A DNA stretch of 64,000 nt from Candidatus Poribacteria bacterium (GCA_963663765.2 CAXXUA010000005.1:1024001-1088000), one strand, 5' to 3'. Counted from the stretch's first letter, positions 1-10,284 are shown. Numbers and translations are program-made. The notes: a model not told the origin generated them from the sequence alone.

Positions 1-1
1 T

Positions 2-379
2 AAAATATATCCGACGGGTGATTCAATCAATACCAGTATGGCAAATTACGAGGTTAATCATTCCACATTCCCTGTAGGGTCATACGCTCCTAACGGTTTT
101 GGTCTGTATGATATGGCTGGTAACGTGCAGGAGTGGTGTCTTGATGAGTACCAATCCGATTTTTATAAGAATTCACCGGATAAGAATCCGATTGCTGGGA
201 CTGATAGTATCACAGATCTTATGACGAATTATAGAGTTGTAAAAAGTCCACGCATCTTGCGTGGTGGTGGATGGGTTTTTGGACCTGCTTATGTTACAGT
301 TTCAAGACGTTATAGTCAACCACCAGAAGAAAAAAGCCGTACGATCGGTTTTCGGTGTGTGAAACAGGTGAAACGTTAG
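2..379 (+). CDS. Formylglycine-generating enzyme (FGE-sulfatase/SUMF1) family protein, 3' part only
   Basis: Frame is open from the window start; motifs NGFGLYDMAGNVQEW, RILRGGGW, IGFRC. Confidence 0.9.
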   Translation, partial: KIYPTGDSINTSMANYEVNHSTFPVGSYAPNGFGLYDMAGNVQEWCLDEYQSDFYKNSPDKNPIAGTDSITDLMTNYRVVKSPRILRGGGWVFGPAYVTVSRRYSQPPEEKSRTIGFRCVKQVKR

Positions 380-407
380 TTTTATATGCTCTTGTGTATC
401 TGTCTGC

Positions 408-459
408 AAAAAAAGTGCGATGAATTGACAATTACAAATTGCAATTCATCGCGCTTTTT
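408..459. terminator. Bidirectional intrinsic terminator between convergent genes
   Basis: AAAAAGTGCGATGAATTG ... CAATTCATCGCGCTTTTT inverted repeat with A/T tails on both sides. Confidence 0.8.
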
Positions 460-473
460 GTTATGAAACAACA

Positions 474-3437
474 TTAGAATGTTTGCGTCAAACGTGCCAT
501 TGCTAATCTTCCGATTTCTGGTGTGCCGACAAATTGCTGATGTTTGTGATTCAACAAGTTTTGTACGGTCACAGAAAATCGTGGTTTTGGACCGAGCGGG
601 ATATCGTATCCAGCATTCAGATCTATCGTATAATAGGATTCGACTTCCCCGACATAGACACCGGAACGGACGGGAAATCCTTGTACGTATTTTGCCCGAA
701 CCCCGACACCTAATCCGAGACCGATGTTCGTATATTGAATGCTTGTACCGAATTTATTCTTTGGTGCATTGAGTGGAATGTCCGCAAGATCGTCTACATT
801 TTCAAACAGGTCTTTGCTGACAAACGAATAATTTGCACCAAGACTCCAACTCGGTGTGAGGAAAAACGTGAAATTCAGGTCTAATCCGTTAAGTGAAATG
901 TCTCCGTAGTTTTGATAGGTGAGTAGAACAGCATTTGGATCCGAAGCTTGTTCGGGTGTTACGGTACCAAATGGAATTGAAGCGAATGTTGTAATCAGTT
1001 CATCAACGGGGGTACCGTTTCCGTTCCCACCTTCAGCTGGATTTTCTTCATTCGGTGCGTCCAACGTCATGAGTGCTTGTTTAACAGTAGCGTTTTCTGG
1101 TTGTTCTAATGCTGCTGCGAACTGCTCACCGAAAGCCCCTTGAATAGATGCTGCATCAAGGAATACATTGGGTGTTTCAACGAACAAAGGACCGAGGTAA
1201 TCGTTGATTCTTGTGTGATAAACATCCGCAGAAAAAGCCAGTCTATTCAGAAGAATCCCTTTGTACCCGATCTCATAAGTTTGGGTGATCGTGGATTTAA
1301 GTGGGTCTACATTGTTCACATTTTCAACATCAATAAAACTTTTTGTCTCTAGATCAAATGAGCGCAGAACGTTTTCTAACCCAACAACTTGTTCTGGTAG
1401 CAGGTTTGCGAAACCTAATGAGATATCTGCCGCCATAGATGCTGCTAATCCTGCTAACACAAGTTCTGGTATGTTTGCAAGGACTTCGGGGATCAACGTT
1501 TGAAGTTGTTCTGGTGGAATTGCGGCGATTGCACCGGGGATTTGTAATTCAGCTGGTAGTGATTGTGCGATATTCTCAGGCAGTCCTGACACTATCGCTT
1601 GTATTTCCTCTGGTGACAATCCTGCGACGATTGATGGCAAGTTCTCAGCGGTAAATGTTTTACTGAGTCCGTCATTAAAGCCGATTAAAACAGCACCACG
1701 TCCGACACCCCACATGACATTGGTAAAAACTGGATCATTGAGAGGTATGAACGCATCTGGTTCAAGATTTGCCAAGGGGGCGAAAGGTGAACGGAACAGA
1801 GGTCGTCCATTTTCACTCTTCTTGAATGTGAAACCAGTTTCGGGAGAAACACCTTGTGCCCGTATATCAATGCCGACCGTAAATGGGTCAGGTCTAGACA
1901 GAATATCAAGGAATAGGTTTGATGTGCCAGGTGTATTGAAAGCTCGGTTATAGGTGAGTCTGATGTTATGATCATCGTTTGGTTGGAATGCAAGCGCAAC
2001 CCTGGGGGACAAGTTCATGCCTTCTAAACGATCATGGTAATCTACTCTCCCCGCAGCAAGCAACTTCAGCTGTGGCAGGATTTTGGTTTCAGACTGCAAA
2101 TAACCCCCTATTTCGTTAATGGTATCATTTTCTTCATTGATCCCATTAATCGTTTCTTTAGTATCCGGTCGCGTGAGCAATACATCTAAACCATAAGTAA
2201 ACCTTTGTATATCTCCAATCGCGTAGCTATGTTGTATTTGTCCTACGTATAGTTTTGAATTGTCAAAGGTTGGCATCCCGCTCTGCAAAACGTACGTATC
2301 CCCGGCATCGCTGAGATTCAAGAATGCTTGTGCAAATAGGTCTTTATATATGAAACGTGCTTGTGCATACCCGTAATTCCAATTTTTTGCTTGCCCCGCA
2401 CCGATTCCGGTCAACTCAATACCGGAGGCTTGTGTTAAACCACTGGCGAGAATCATGGTTATATCATCGTTGGGGCTATAGTCAACACGGAATTCGCCTC
2501 GGGCATGTGAGGTATCAAATAACGGTTCTAGTTCCCCTTCAACGTCTTCTGCTAAACGTCCTTCTTCCCAATCATCTCCTCGGGTATAATTGGCTGTCAG
2601 TTTATAACCGATGGTATTATTGATAACACCTGCATGGCGAAGTGAACCAGTGAATATACGTCGTTCACCGCCGCCGACACTGATAGTCGTGCCTTGTGAA
2701 GTGAATGGAGAACGGGTTAGAATGTGCATCACACCGTTGGCACTGTTTGGACCATACAACGCTGCGCCAGGTCCTGAGACGACTTCAATTTGCTCAATAT
2801 CTTCAGAAATGGTAGGTATAAGCGTGTAAGCATTCACGCGGAGCGAAGGGACACTTGCGATCCGATTGTCTACAAGCGATAGAAGGTTGCCAGAAAATAC
2901 ATTGTTGAAACCTCGGACAACAACGTACGCGGTGCCTATACCTGACGTTACAACATCTACAGCACGCAAAGATTTTAGGTGTTCTGTAACACTCAGGGCC
3001 ACTCGGTCTTGAATTTGTGAATCGTCAACAAGTGCCACCGATGCTGGTGCTTCAAGTACTTTCTCTTTTCGACGTGATGCTGTTACGGATACTTGGTCAA
3101 GTTCGATAATTTCTGAAGAGAGTGTGACTTCAACAGACTTTGTTTCGTCTGGAACAAGTTCAACGTCTGTTATCTGATTTTCAGCGTAACCTTTTGCAGT
3201 TGCGGTGATTGTGTAGATTCCCGCGGTTAAATTAGCCAATTTGAGTGTGCCGTTTGCGTCGCTAACACCCCTAGTAGTATCACCTGTTTGGGGTTTGACG
3301 ATAACGGTAACATTGTTGAGTTTATTTCCAGTTTGGGCGTCCGTTATTGTGATGTCTAACGTAGCAGCGATTGCTATATTCGAAACAGTGCATAATAAAA
3401 CCAACAACGTTATACTAATTGGTCCCAATCGTTTCAT
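474..3437 (-). CDS. TonB-dependent outer-membrane receptor with N-terminal carboxypeptidase-regulatory-like domain
   Basis: Signal peptide; VSVTASRR; plug motifs VVRGF and IEVVSGPGAALYG; C-terminal NLLN...GRLAMARLTQTF. Confidence 0.93.
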   Translation of the reverse strand: MKRLGPISITLLVLLCTVSNIAIAATLDITITDAQTGNKLNNVTVIVKPQTGDTTRGVSDANGTLKLANLTAGIYTITATAKGYAENQITDVELVPDETKSVEVTLSSEIIELDQVSVTASRRKEKVLEAPASVALVDDSQIQDRVALSVTEHLKSLRAVDVVTSGIGTAYVVVRGFNNVFSGNLLSLVDNRIASVPSLRVNAYTLIPTISEDIEQIEVVSGPGAALYGPNSANGVMHILTRSPFTSQGTTISVGGGERRIFTGSLRHAGVINNTIGYKLTANYTRGDDWEEGRLAEDVEGELEPLFDTSHARGEFRVDYSPNDDITMILASGLTQASGIELTGIGAGQAKNWNYGYAQARFIYKDLFAQAFLNLSDAGDTYVLQSGMPTFDNSKLYVGQIQHSYAIGDIQRFTYGLDVLLTRPDTKETINGINEENDTINEIGGYLQSETKILPQLKLLAAGRVDYHDRLEGMNLSPRVALAFQPNDDHNIRLTYNRAFNTPGTSNLFLDILSRPDPFTVGIDIRAQGVSPETGFTFKKSENGRPLFRSPFAPLANLEPDAFIPLNDPVFTNVMWGVGRGAVLIGFNDGLSKTFTAENLPSIVAGLSPEEIQAIVSGLPENIAQSLPAELQIPGAIAAIPPEQLQTLIPEVLANIPELVLAGLAASMAADISLGFANLLPEQVVGLENVLRSFDLETKSFIDVENVNNVDPLKSTITQTYEIGYKGILLNRLAFSADVYHTRINDYLGPLFVETPNVFLDAASIQGAFGEQFAAALEQPENATVKQALMTLDAPNEENPAEGGNGNGTPVDELITTFASIPFGTVTPEQASDPNAVLLTYQNYGDISLNGLDLNFTFFLTPSWSLGANYSFVSKDLFENVDDLADIPLNAPKNKFGTSIQYTNIGLGLGVGVRAKYVQGFPVRSGVYVGEVESYYTIDLNAGYDIPLGPKPRFSVTVQNLLNHKHQQFVGTPEIGRLAMARLTQTF

Positions 3438-3567
3438 TATAGTATCTCCTATATGTAATAATAAGGTTTAACATTTTTGACAATATGTAGCATTTCACGA
3501 ACTAAATACTCTAACAAAGGCATTTTTTGCATATTTCAGTATGTTTGAAACACGTAAATTAAGCGTT

Positions 3568-3596
3568 AGTATCACAAAATACTCAAAAAATGTCAA
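3568..3596 (-). promoter_or_regulatory. Putative sigma70 promoter of the TonB-dependent receptor
   Basis: Minus strand TTGACA-N17-GATACT. Confidence 0.45.
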
Positions 3597-3620
3597 ATAT
3601 ATTCTTATTTTGTATTTTTG

Positions 3621-3666
3621 TTGTCTGAACCAGGATTTTCAGGAATATAGGATTTTCAGGATTTTT
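3621..3666 (+). repeat. Short dispersed repeat TTGTCTGAAC-CAGGATTTT(CAGG)
   Basis: AGGATTTT occurs three times; related starts at about 16638 and 31996. Confidence 0.55.
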
Positions 3667-3922
3667 CAGAGCGGTAACATGCTGCATTATTAAACGGGTT
3701 ACTCTTACATGTAATCTACCACAATAATACACCTGTAATTGTGAAACAATATTTTACAATTAATTATTTCGCACAACTCGTTATTTCACTTTATTAAACT
3801 ATAGTTTGGACAGTTTCTATCTGTTTCAAGTTTAGTGGTTGACTCGTCAAGATTTTATGATATAATTCTTCTATCTATCGGATCAAAAACTATTAGGTCA
3901 AAAAATGGAGAGGAGAATTTAG

Positions 3923-5151
3923 ATGGGAAAACGAATACATCATATTCGTGAGGTCAATGAGGAAGAAAACGCTGAATTGAGGAGACTTGCGAGTTCACGA
4001 ACGCACTCCTATCGGATGGTGCAGCGTGCGAAATTGATTGTTAGTATGCTTGATGACGAGACACTCACAGCCACCCAAGCCGCACAACAGGTAGGTTTCA
4101 AATCAAGCAACTCCGGTGCGTGTTGGGTCAAACGCTTCAATGAAGATGGTATTCCGGGACTTTCCGATAAACCGAAAAGTGGTAAGCCACGCATCCATTC
4201 AGATGAGGTGCGGGGGCAACTGATAGATTTAGCGTTGCGAAAACCGCGCAGTCTCGGTTATCCATTTGAGTTGTGGACACTCGTCCGGTTGCAAACTGCA
4301 TTTAAAGAAAGAACAGGTATTCATCTTTCTGATTCAACAATCTGGGAGTGGTTTAAAGAAGAGGGATTGCGTTGGAAACGTCAACAAAGTTGGTTTCGTG
4401 AAACGGAGAAGCAAGACGAAGAGTTTGTAGAAAAAAGGGGGCCGTTATAGCGGCGTATCGTTCCCCGCCACCTAAGACGCGTGTTATCTGTATTGATGAG
4501 ATGGGACCGATAAGCGCTAAAACGTATCCGGGCGAAGTTTGGCAACGAGGTGTGGGTCGTGCGACCTTTGAACCGGACTATGGTCGTCGTGGTAAAGTGT
4601 GGGTTCATGGTGCGTTTGAACCTGCGACGGGTCAGGCGGAAATAGTGGTTTCAGAGAGCAGGGATAGTGCAAGTCATATAGCATTGCTTGAGAAAATCAT
4701 AGAGAAGTTTCCATCAGACAAGTGGCTTTTGATTGAAGACAATCTTTCTACTCACCATAGTCGTGATGTAAAAACCGCATTATTGGCGTGGCCGGAGGTA
4801 GGTGTTCAGTTTATTCCGAAATATGCGTGTTGGTTAAACCTGATAGAACCTTGGTGGAAACAACTCATACCCAATTAATGTGTTTATCTTGTTAAGTGTG
4901 CGTTTAGGAAACCGCACCTACCGTCGGAAAAAGACATATTCCGTTAATTTGGTATCAGATCACTGGCAATGAAAGGGAGAAAGTTTGAGACACAAGATGA
5001 ACTAATCGAATCCATTGAGAGCGCGGTGTGTTGGTGGAATGCCCATAAACACCCTTACCATTGGAAGAAAAACCCACAAGAGCAACCGAGATACAAGTTA
5101 GAACCCTATGGAACTTCAATTGAAGATATATCGCAAATACTTAAAGAGTGA
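3923..5151 (+). pseudogene. IS630 transposase (probable -1 programmed frameshift at A6G, about 4431-4437), disrupted by a MITE
   Basis: ORF1 is an HTH region; the -1 frame continues VICIDEMGP...IEDNLSTH...[12 protein letters not shown]; removing the 90-bp insert restores QLRSLAMKGRKF in frame. Confidence 0.88.
4868..4954. mobile_element. 87-bp MITE, 11-bp TIR, 3-bp TSD TCA
   Basis: TCA|TACCCAATTAA ... TTAATTTGGTA|TCA; internal REP-like GTGCGTTTAGGAAACCGCACCTAC. Confidence 0.85.
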
Positions 5152-5202
5152 ACCACTAAAGAGGATGTACTATGACGTTTTCTATAAACATATCGTCCCT
5201 AC

Positions 5203-5236
5203 CAAATCAACGCCAAATGCGCGTATGGCATTTGTC
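5203..5236 (+). mobile_element. 34-nt hairpin micro-insertion inside a GTCCC-TAC-GGGAC palindrome
   Basis: CAAATCAACG followed by stem CAAATGC/GCATTTG with loop GCGTATG; removing it restores the palindrome. Confidence 0.6.
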
Positions 5237-5423
5237 GGGACTGAAGATCGTTTCAAACTATGAAGGACACCTGCAAAACGTCATGCCTATGTGAAACAAT
5301 GATTAACATATAGTTATTTAGCACAACTCGCTAAGTTGACACCTATGCGGCGGGGCACAGAGACCCCGCCCTACAATGGAGAATGAGCAGTTTGTGCAAA
5401 AACTTTACACACCCCAACACGAC

Positions 5424-5543
5424 CAGGGTTATTCAGTTTTCCTAATGTTCGGATATTTCAAAATGAAACCCCGTGGTAGGAGCAACCTCCCGCTCGCGTT
5501 TTTCTCAGGAAACGTGTAAAATGGGTAGAACTAAATAACACCG
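5424..5543. mobile_element. MITE of the CAGGGTTATTCAGTT TIR family (degenerate copy)
   Basis: Left TIR intact; right end AACTAAATAACACCG; 9-bp flanks CAACACGAC/CATTACGAC (7/9); internal GGTAGGAGCAACCTCCCG REP. Confidence 0.6.
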
Positions 5544-5561
5544 CATTACGACAAAATATTG

Positions 5562-5591
5562 TTGACGAATCACCACAATTTAAGGTATACT
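5562..5591 (+). promoter_or_regulatory. Putative sigma70 promoter of gltB
   Basis: TTGACG-N18-TATACT. Confidence 0.4.
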
Positions 5592-5749
5592 ATTAATTGT
5601 TGAAAAAAATGAAAAATACAGAATTAAGAGGCAAAAATGCCTATACGTCTACATTAGACGCAGTATCCATGACCTAATAACGCTTTATTCATTTTATATA
5701 TATTTAACGGATACTCAACACATTGATTACTTGGAGTATGATCTGACAA

Positions 5750-8700
5750 ATGGACCAATATTTATATGAGAAAGATGCCTGTGGAGTCGGTTTTATAGCA
5801 AACATCTCAGGGAGTCGTAGCCATGAAATCTTGAAAATGGCAATACAAGCAGTTACAAATTTGACACATCGTGGTGCCGTAGCTGCTGATGCAAAAACCG
5901 GAGACGGTGCAGGTATATTGACACAGATTCCGGAGAAATTATTTAGAAAAGAAGTTGATAAGTTTGAAGCACATGTAGATTCAATTGATGATCTTGCTGT
6001 CGGTATGATTTTCCTACCGCAAAATGACATTGTCGCGCAAAAACGAGGGCGCGAAATCGTTACTAACATTTTACAGCAATACGGATGTCCGCTTATAGGA
6101 TGGCGTTCTGTTCCTACTGATGTCTCTGCTCTCGGAGAAAAGGCGTTAGCAACACTGCCGATGATACAGCAAGTCCTTATTGGTAGACCACCCCGAATCT
6201 CATCCGACAAGTTTGAAAGACACCTATATCTTATCTGTAAAGAATTAGAACATCGGATCACTGAAGAACAACTTGATGGGTTTCACATCACATCCTTCTC
6301 ACACCAAACCATCGTATATAAAGGACTGCTTGTAGCTCCACAACTTGCAACATTTTATTCTGATTTACAGAATCCTGACTTTGAAGCGGCATTAGCTGTG
6401 TTTCATCAACGGTATAGTACGAACACTTCACCAACATGGTCACTTGCACAACCTTTTAGAATGCTTGCACACAACGGTGAAATTAACACATTGATGGGAA
6501 ACAGGAACTGGATGCGCGCCCGAGAGGCAGAATTAAACTCACCTGTCTGGAATGAGGATATCAAGAAACTCGTCCCAATTATCAATCCACTTGGTAGTGA
6601 TTCTATGAGCCTTGATAACGTCTTAGAGTTGCTGGCACATTCCGACTACAGCATCCTCCAATCAATGATGCGTTTAATCCCTGAGGCTTATGAGCAGATA
6701 CCCGATATGCCACCCGCATTGAAAGCATGTTACGAATACTTATCCTGCGTGAGTGAACCGTGGGACGGTCCCGCAGCTGTTGCTTTCACAGATGGAAACA
6801 TTGTCGGCGCAAGTTTAGACAGAAACGGCCTAAGACCCGCAAGATATAAAGTAACCGATGATGGACTTGTTGTCATGGGATCGGAAGTCGGCATTATTGA
6901 ATTGGACGATAGTCGTGTCGTCAGAAAGGGACGATTAGGTCCAGGACAGATGATCGCTGTTGATACTAACAAGGGACGATTACTCACAGATACAGACATA
7001 AAGCACGAAGTCGCACATCAAAAACCTTATGCAAATTGGGTAGAACAGACAATAAACTTAGATGATTTGAAACCCAAATCTTTAGGTTCAACTACACCCG
7101 TACCTGATGATCTGGATAAATATCAAAAAGCATTCGGTTATATGATTGAAGATGTGGAACGTTTCATCAAACCTATGGTCTTGCAGGCAAAGGAAGCTGT
7201 CGGGTCAATGGGTGATGATGCTCCGCCTGCTGTAATTTCAAAGCACCCGCGTTTGCTTTACCACTATTTTAAACAACTTTTTGCCCAAGTAACTAATCCT
7301 CCGATCGATTCACTCCGTGAACGATTGGTTATGTCTTTAACAACCCGCCTGGGAAGACGACGTAGCATCCTTACCGAGACTGAAAAACATGCCTATCTAA
7401 TACGTTTGAATTCACCAATACTGACAAATGAAGAATTGGAAGCTTTGAAACAGCACGACAATGCTGAATTCAAGCATGTTACAATACCTGTCCATTTTCC
7501 TGTTGCTTCTGGAATACAAGGTTTGGAAACTGCACTTGATACGTTGTGTAATAAAGTGATTGATGCAGTAACAGCTGGAAATACGCTTCTGATTCTGAGT
7601 GATAGAGATGTAAATGCTGACAACTCACCTATTCCGATGTTGCTTGCTGTCGGTGCAGTACATCATCATCTCATTAGAGAAGGCAAACGCATGCAGGTCA
7701 GTTTGATTGTTGAAGCGGGAGATCCACGTGAAGAACATCATTATGCCGTACTACTGGGATACGGTGCTGATGCCATCAATCCATACCTGGTCTTCTCTAC
7801 AATCCTTCATCTTGGAGAAAACAACGAATTTGAAGATCTAACGACAGAACAAGCGATCTTGAACTATCAGGAAGCCGTTGAAAAAGGCATTTTGAAGATA
7901 ATGGCAAAGATGGGTATATCCACAGTGTCAAGTTATCGAGGCGCACAGATTTTTGAGGCAATCGGAATCAATTCAACCGTAATTGATCGGTGTTTTACTG
8001 GAACACCGTCAAGGTTAGGTGGAATCGGTTTTGAACACATCGCCGCGGAAACACTCCATTTCCATACAAAAGCCTTTGGCGCAACTGATGATAGAAAAAC
8101 ATTACAAGAAGCAGGTTATTTCCGTTTCCGAAGACATGGCGAATTTCACGCATTTAACCCTACAGTATTCAAAGCAATGCACAAATTCGTCAAGAGTGGC
8201 GAAACAGCAGATTATACAGAATATGCTCAAGCCGTTGAAGTGGGTGAACCATCAAGCTTACGAGATTTACTCGATTTCAAACCCGCCACACCAATCCCAA
8301 TTGAGGAAGTTGAACCAGCTGAAGATATCGTACGCCGTTTCACTACAGGAAGCATGTCCTTCGGTGCATTAAGCCGAGAAACCCATGAAACATTAGCAAT
8401 CGCTATGAACCGACTCGGTGCAAAATCGGGAAGTGGTGAAGGTGGAGAAGATAGCGGACGGTTTGAAAGACAACCGAATGGAGACCTTGCATCAAGCGCT
8501 ATCAAACAGGTCGCATCAGGACGTTTTGGCGTAACACCACAATACCTTGCATCAGCACGGGAATTAGAGATCAAAATGGCACAAGGATCCAAACCTGGAG
8601 AAGGTGGACAAATTCCGGGACACAAAGTAACTTTGGAAATCGCAAAGATTCGTCACTCAATTCCAGGTGTACCGCTAATTTCTCCACCACCACATCACGA

Positions 8701-10231
8701 TATTTATTCAATTGAGGACCTAGCGCAGCTTATATACGACCTGAAACAAGTAAATCCACGAGCGAAAGTGGCTGTAAAACTCGTATCAGAATTCCTTATC
8801 GGAACTATTGCTGCTGGCGTAGCGAAAGGATATGCAGATGTAATTCAAGTCAGTGGACATGAAGGCGGTACAGGTGCTTCACCACTGAGTTCCATCAAAA
8901 ACGCTGGTACACCATGGGAACTTGGACTTGCAGAAACTCAACAACGTCTTGTGGCAAATGATTTACGCGACCGCGTTGTCCTCAGGGTTGATGGTGGTAT
9001 GCGTTCAGGACGAGATATCGTCATTGCAGCAATGCTCGGAGCAGAAGAATACGGTTTCGGCACTGCCGCTATGGTTGCAACTGGATGTATTATGGCACGT
9101 CAATGCCACCTAAATACTTGTCCCGTTGGAGTCGCTACGCAAGACCCAGCACTCCGAGCCAAATTTCCCGGAACACCGGAAATGGTTGTGAATTTTATGC
9201 TCGGTGTTGCAAACGAAGTTCGCACAATCCTCGCAAACCTTGGACACACAAGCCTAAATGATGTCATTGGACGACCAGAATTGTTGGAAACGGCTAAATT
9301 GGTTGAATATCCGAAAGCAGCAACTCTCGACTTAACAGAGATACTTTTACCTGCTGATCCAACCGGAGAAATGCCACGGTATCACCTACATGAACGTAAT
9401 AATCGAGTTGACACTCCCTTAGATGATCAAATTCTAATTGATGCTGCAAAAGCAATTGAAAAGAAAGAACCCATTCAACTATCATATCCAATTCTCAATA
9501 CGCACAGAACAGTGGGGGCAAAATTATCTGGTGAAATTGCATATCAATACGGTGACGAGTTACTGCCAAAAGAGTCCATCCGATGCTATTTTACTGGTAG
9601 TGCCGGACAGAGTTTTGGTGCTTTTTGTAGCACTGGTATCCAACTTGTTCTAACTGGTGAAGCGAATGATTATGTCGGTAAAGGTATGGCAGGTGGTGAA
9701 ATAGTCATCAAACCATCACCGGATGCGCGTTTCAAGACACACGAAAATACCATCATCGGAAACACTGTGTTGTACGGTGCTACAAACGGGTCTTTATACG
9801 CAGCTGGTAGAGCAGGTGAACGTTTCTGTGTACGGAATAGCGGGGCAACGACTGTTGTAGAAGGAGTTGGTGACCACGGCTGTGAATATATGACTGGCGG
9901 TACTGTTGTCATTCTGGGTGAAACAGGACGAAACTTTGGTGCAGGTATGACAGGTGGGATTGGATATGTACTTGACGAAAACCAAGAGTTTGAGAAAAAA
10001 ATCAATCCGCAACTTATTAAGTTAGAACGTATTACAGATAAAGCGGATGAAGACATTCTGGTCGGTCTGATACAAAAACATCTTGAGTTAACTGGTAGCC
10101 ACCATGCAGAGAAGATCCTTAATAACTGGGGCGCGTTTTTGCCATTCTTTTGGAAAATAGTTACCCCACCGCCACCACCGCCGCCTACACTGAACCGTCG
10201 TACCCGAAAAAGAACCCCAAGAAAAAAATAG
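5750..10231 (+). CDS. gltB: Glutamate synthase large subunit
   Basis: EKDA|CGVGF Ntn-amidotransferase start, HQRYSTNT, EPWDGPA, KSGSGEGGE, IKMAQGSKPGEGGQ, 3Fe-4S motif CIMARQCHLNTC, GXGXG domain. Confidence 0.97.
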   Translation: MDQYLYEKDACGVGFIANISGSRSHEILKMAIQAVTNLTHRGAVAADAKTGDGAGILTQIPEKLFRKEVDKFEAHVDSIDDLAVGMIFLPQNDIVAQKRGREIVTNILQQYGCPLIGWRSVPTDVSALGEKALATLPMIQQVLIGRPPRISSDKFERHLYLICKELEHRITEEQLDGFHITSFSHQTIVYKGLLVAPQLATFYSDLQNPDFEAALAVFHQRYSTNTSPTWSLAQPFRMLAHNGEINTLMGNRNWMRAREAELNSPVWNEDIKKLVPIINPLGSDSMSLDNVLELLAHSDYSILQSMMRLIPEAYEQIPDMPPALKACYEYLSCVSEPWDGPAAVAFTDGNIVGASLDRNGLRPARYKVTDDGLVVMGSEVGIIELDDSRVVRKGRLGPGQMIAVDTNKGRLLTDTDIKHEVAHQKPYANWVEQTINLDDLKPKSLGSTTPVPDDLDKYQKAFGYMIEDVERFIKPMVLQAKEAVGSMGDDAPPAVISKHPRLLYHYFKQLFAQVTNPPIDSLRERLVMSLTTRLGRRRSILTETEKHAYLIRLNSPILTNEELEALKQHDNAEFKHVTIPVHFPVASGIQGLETALDTLCNKVIDAVTAGNTLLILSDRDVNADNSPIPMLLAVGAVHHHLIREGKRMQVSLIVEAGDPREEHHYAVLLGYGADAINPYLVFSTILHLGENNEFEDLTTEQAILNYQEAVEKGILKIMAKMGISTVSSYRGAQIFEAIGINSTVIDRCFTGTPSRLGGIGFEHIAAETLHFHTKAFGATDDRKTLQEAGYFRFRRHGEFHAFNPTVFKAMHKFVKSGETADYTEYAQAVEVGEPSSLRDLLDFKPATPIPIEEVEPAEDIVRRFTTGSMSFGALSRETHETLAIAMNRLGAKSGSGEGGEDSGRFERQPNGDLASSAIKQVASGRFGVTPQYLASARELEIKMAQGSKPGEGGQIPGHKVTLEIAKIRHSIPGVPLISPPPHHDIYSIEDLAQLIYDLKQVNPRAKVAVKLVSEFLIGTIAAGVAKGYADVIQVSGHEGGTGASPLSSIKNAGTPWELGLAETQQRLVANDLRDRVVLRVDGGMRSGRDIVIAAMLGAEEYGFGTAAMVATGCIMARQCHLNTCPVGVATQDPALRAKFPGTPEMVVNFMLGVANEVRTILANLGHTSLNDVIGRPELLETAKLVEYPKAATLDLTEILLPADPTGEMPRYHLHERNNRVDTPLDDQILIDAAKAIEKKEPIQLSYPILNTHRTVGAKLSGEIAYQYGDELLPKESIRCYFTGSAGQSFGAFCSTGIQLVLTGEANDYVGKGMAGGEIVIKPSPDARFKTHENTIIGNTVLYGATNGSLYAAGRAGERFCVRNSGATTVVEGVGDHGCEYMTGGTVVILGETGRNFGAGMTGGIGYVLDENQEFEKKINPQLIKLERITDKADEDILVGLIQKHLELTGSHHAEKILNNWGAFLPFFWKIVTPPPPPPPTLNRRTRKRTPRKK

Positions 10232-10248
10232 GTTTTCTTTTCAATAGA

Positions 10249-10284
10249 TAAATGCCTCTAATTGTAATCAATTAGAGGCATTTA
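10249..10284. terminator. Hairpin terminator between gltB and the convergent exbD
   Basis: TAAATGCCTCTAATTG-TAAT-CAATTAGAGGCATTTA, perfect 16-bp stem. Confidence 0.8.

Larger units (their letters stand above)
3818..5172 (+). mobile_element. IS630-family insertion sequence (ends approximate)
   Basis: Inverted repeats TTTAGTGGTTGACTC (3831-3845) and GAGTGAACCACTAAA (5146-5160), 14/15 match, with TA just outside; encodes HTH and DDE transposase parts. Confidence 0.8.

Noticed and set aside
2-379. Diversity-generating retroelement target (FGE/C-lectin fold)
   Set aside because: No reverse transcriptase and no template repeat with adenine-specific differences in the window
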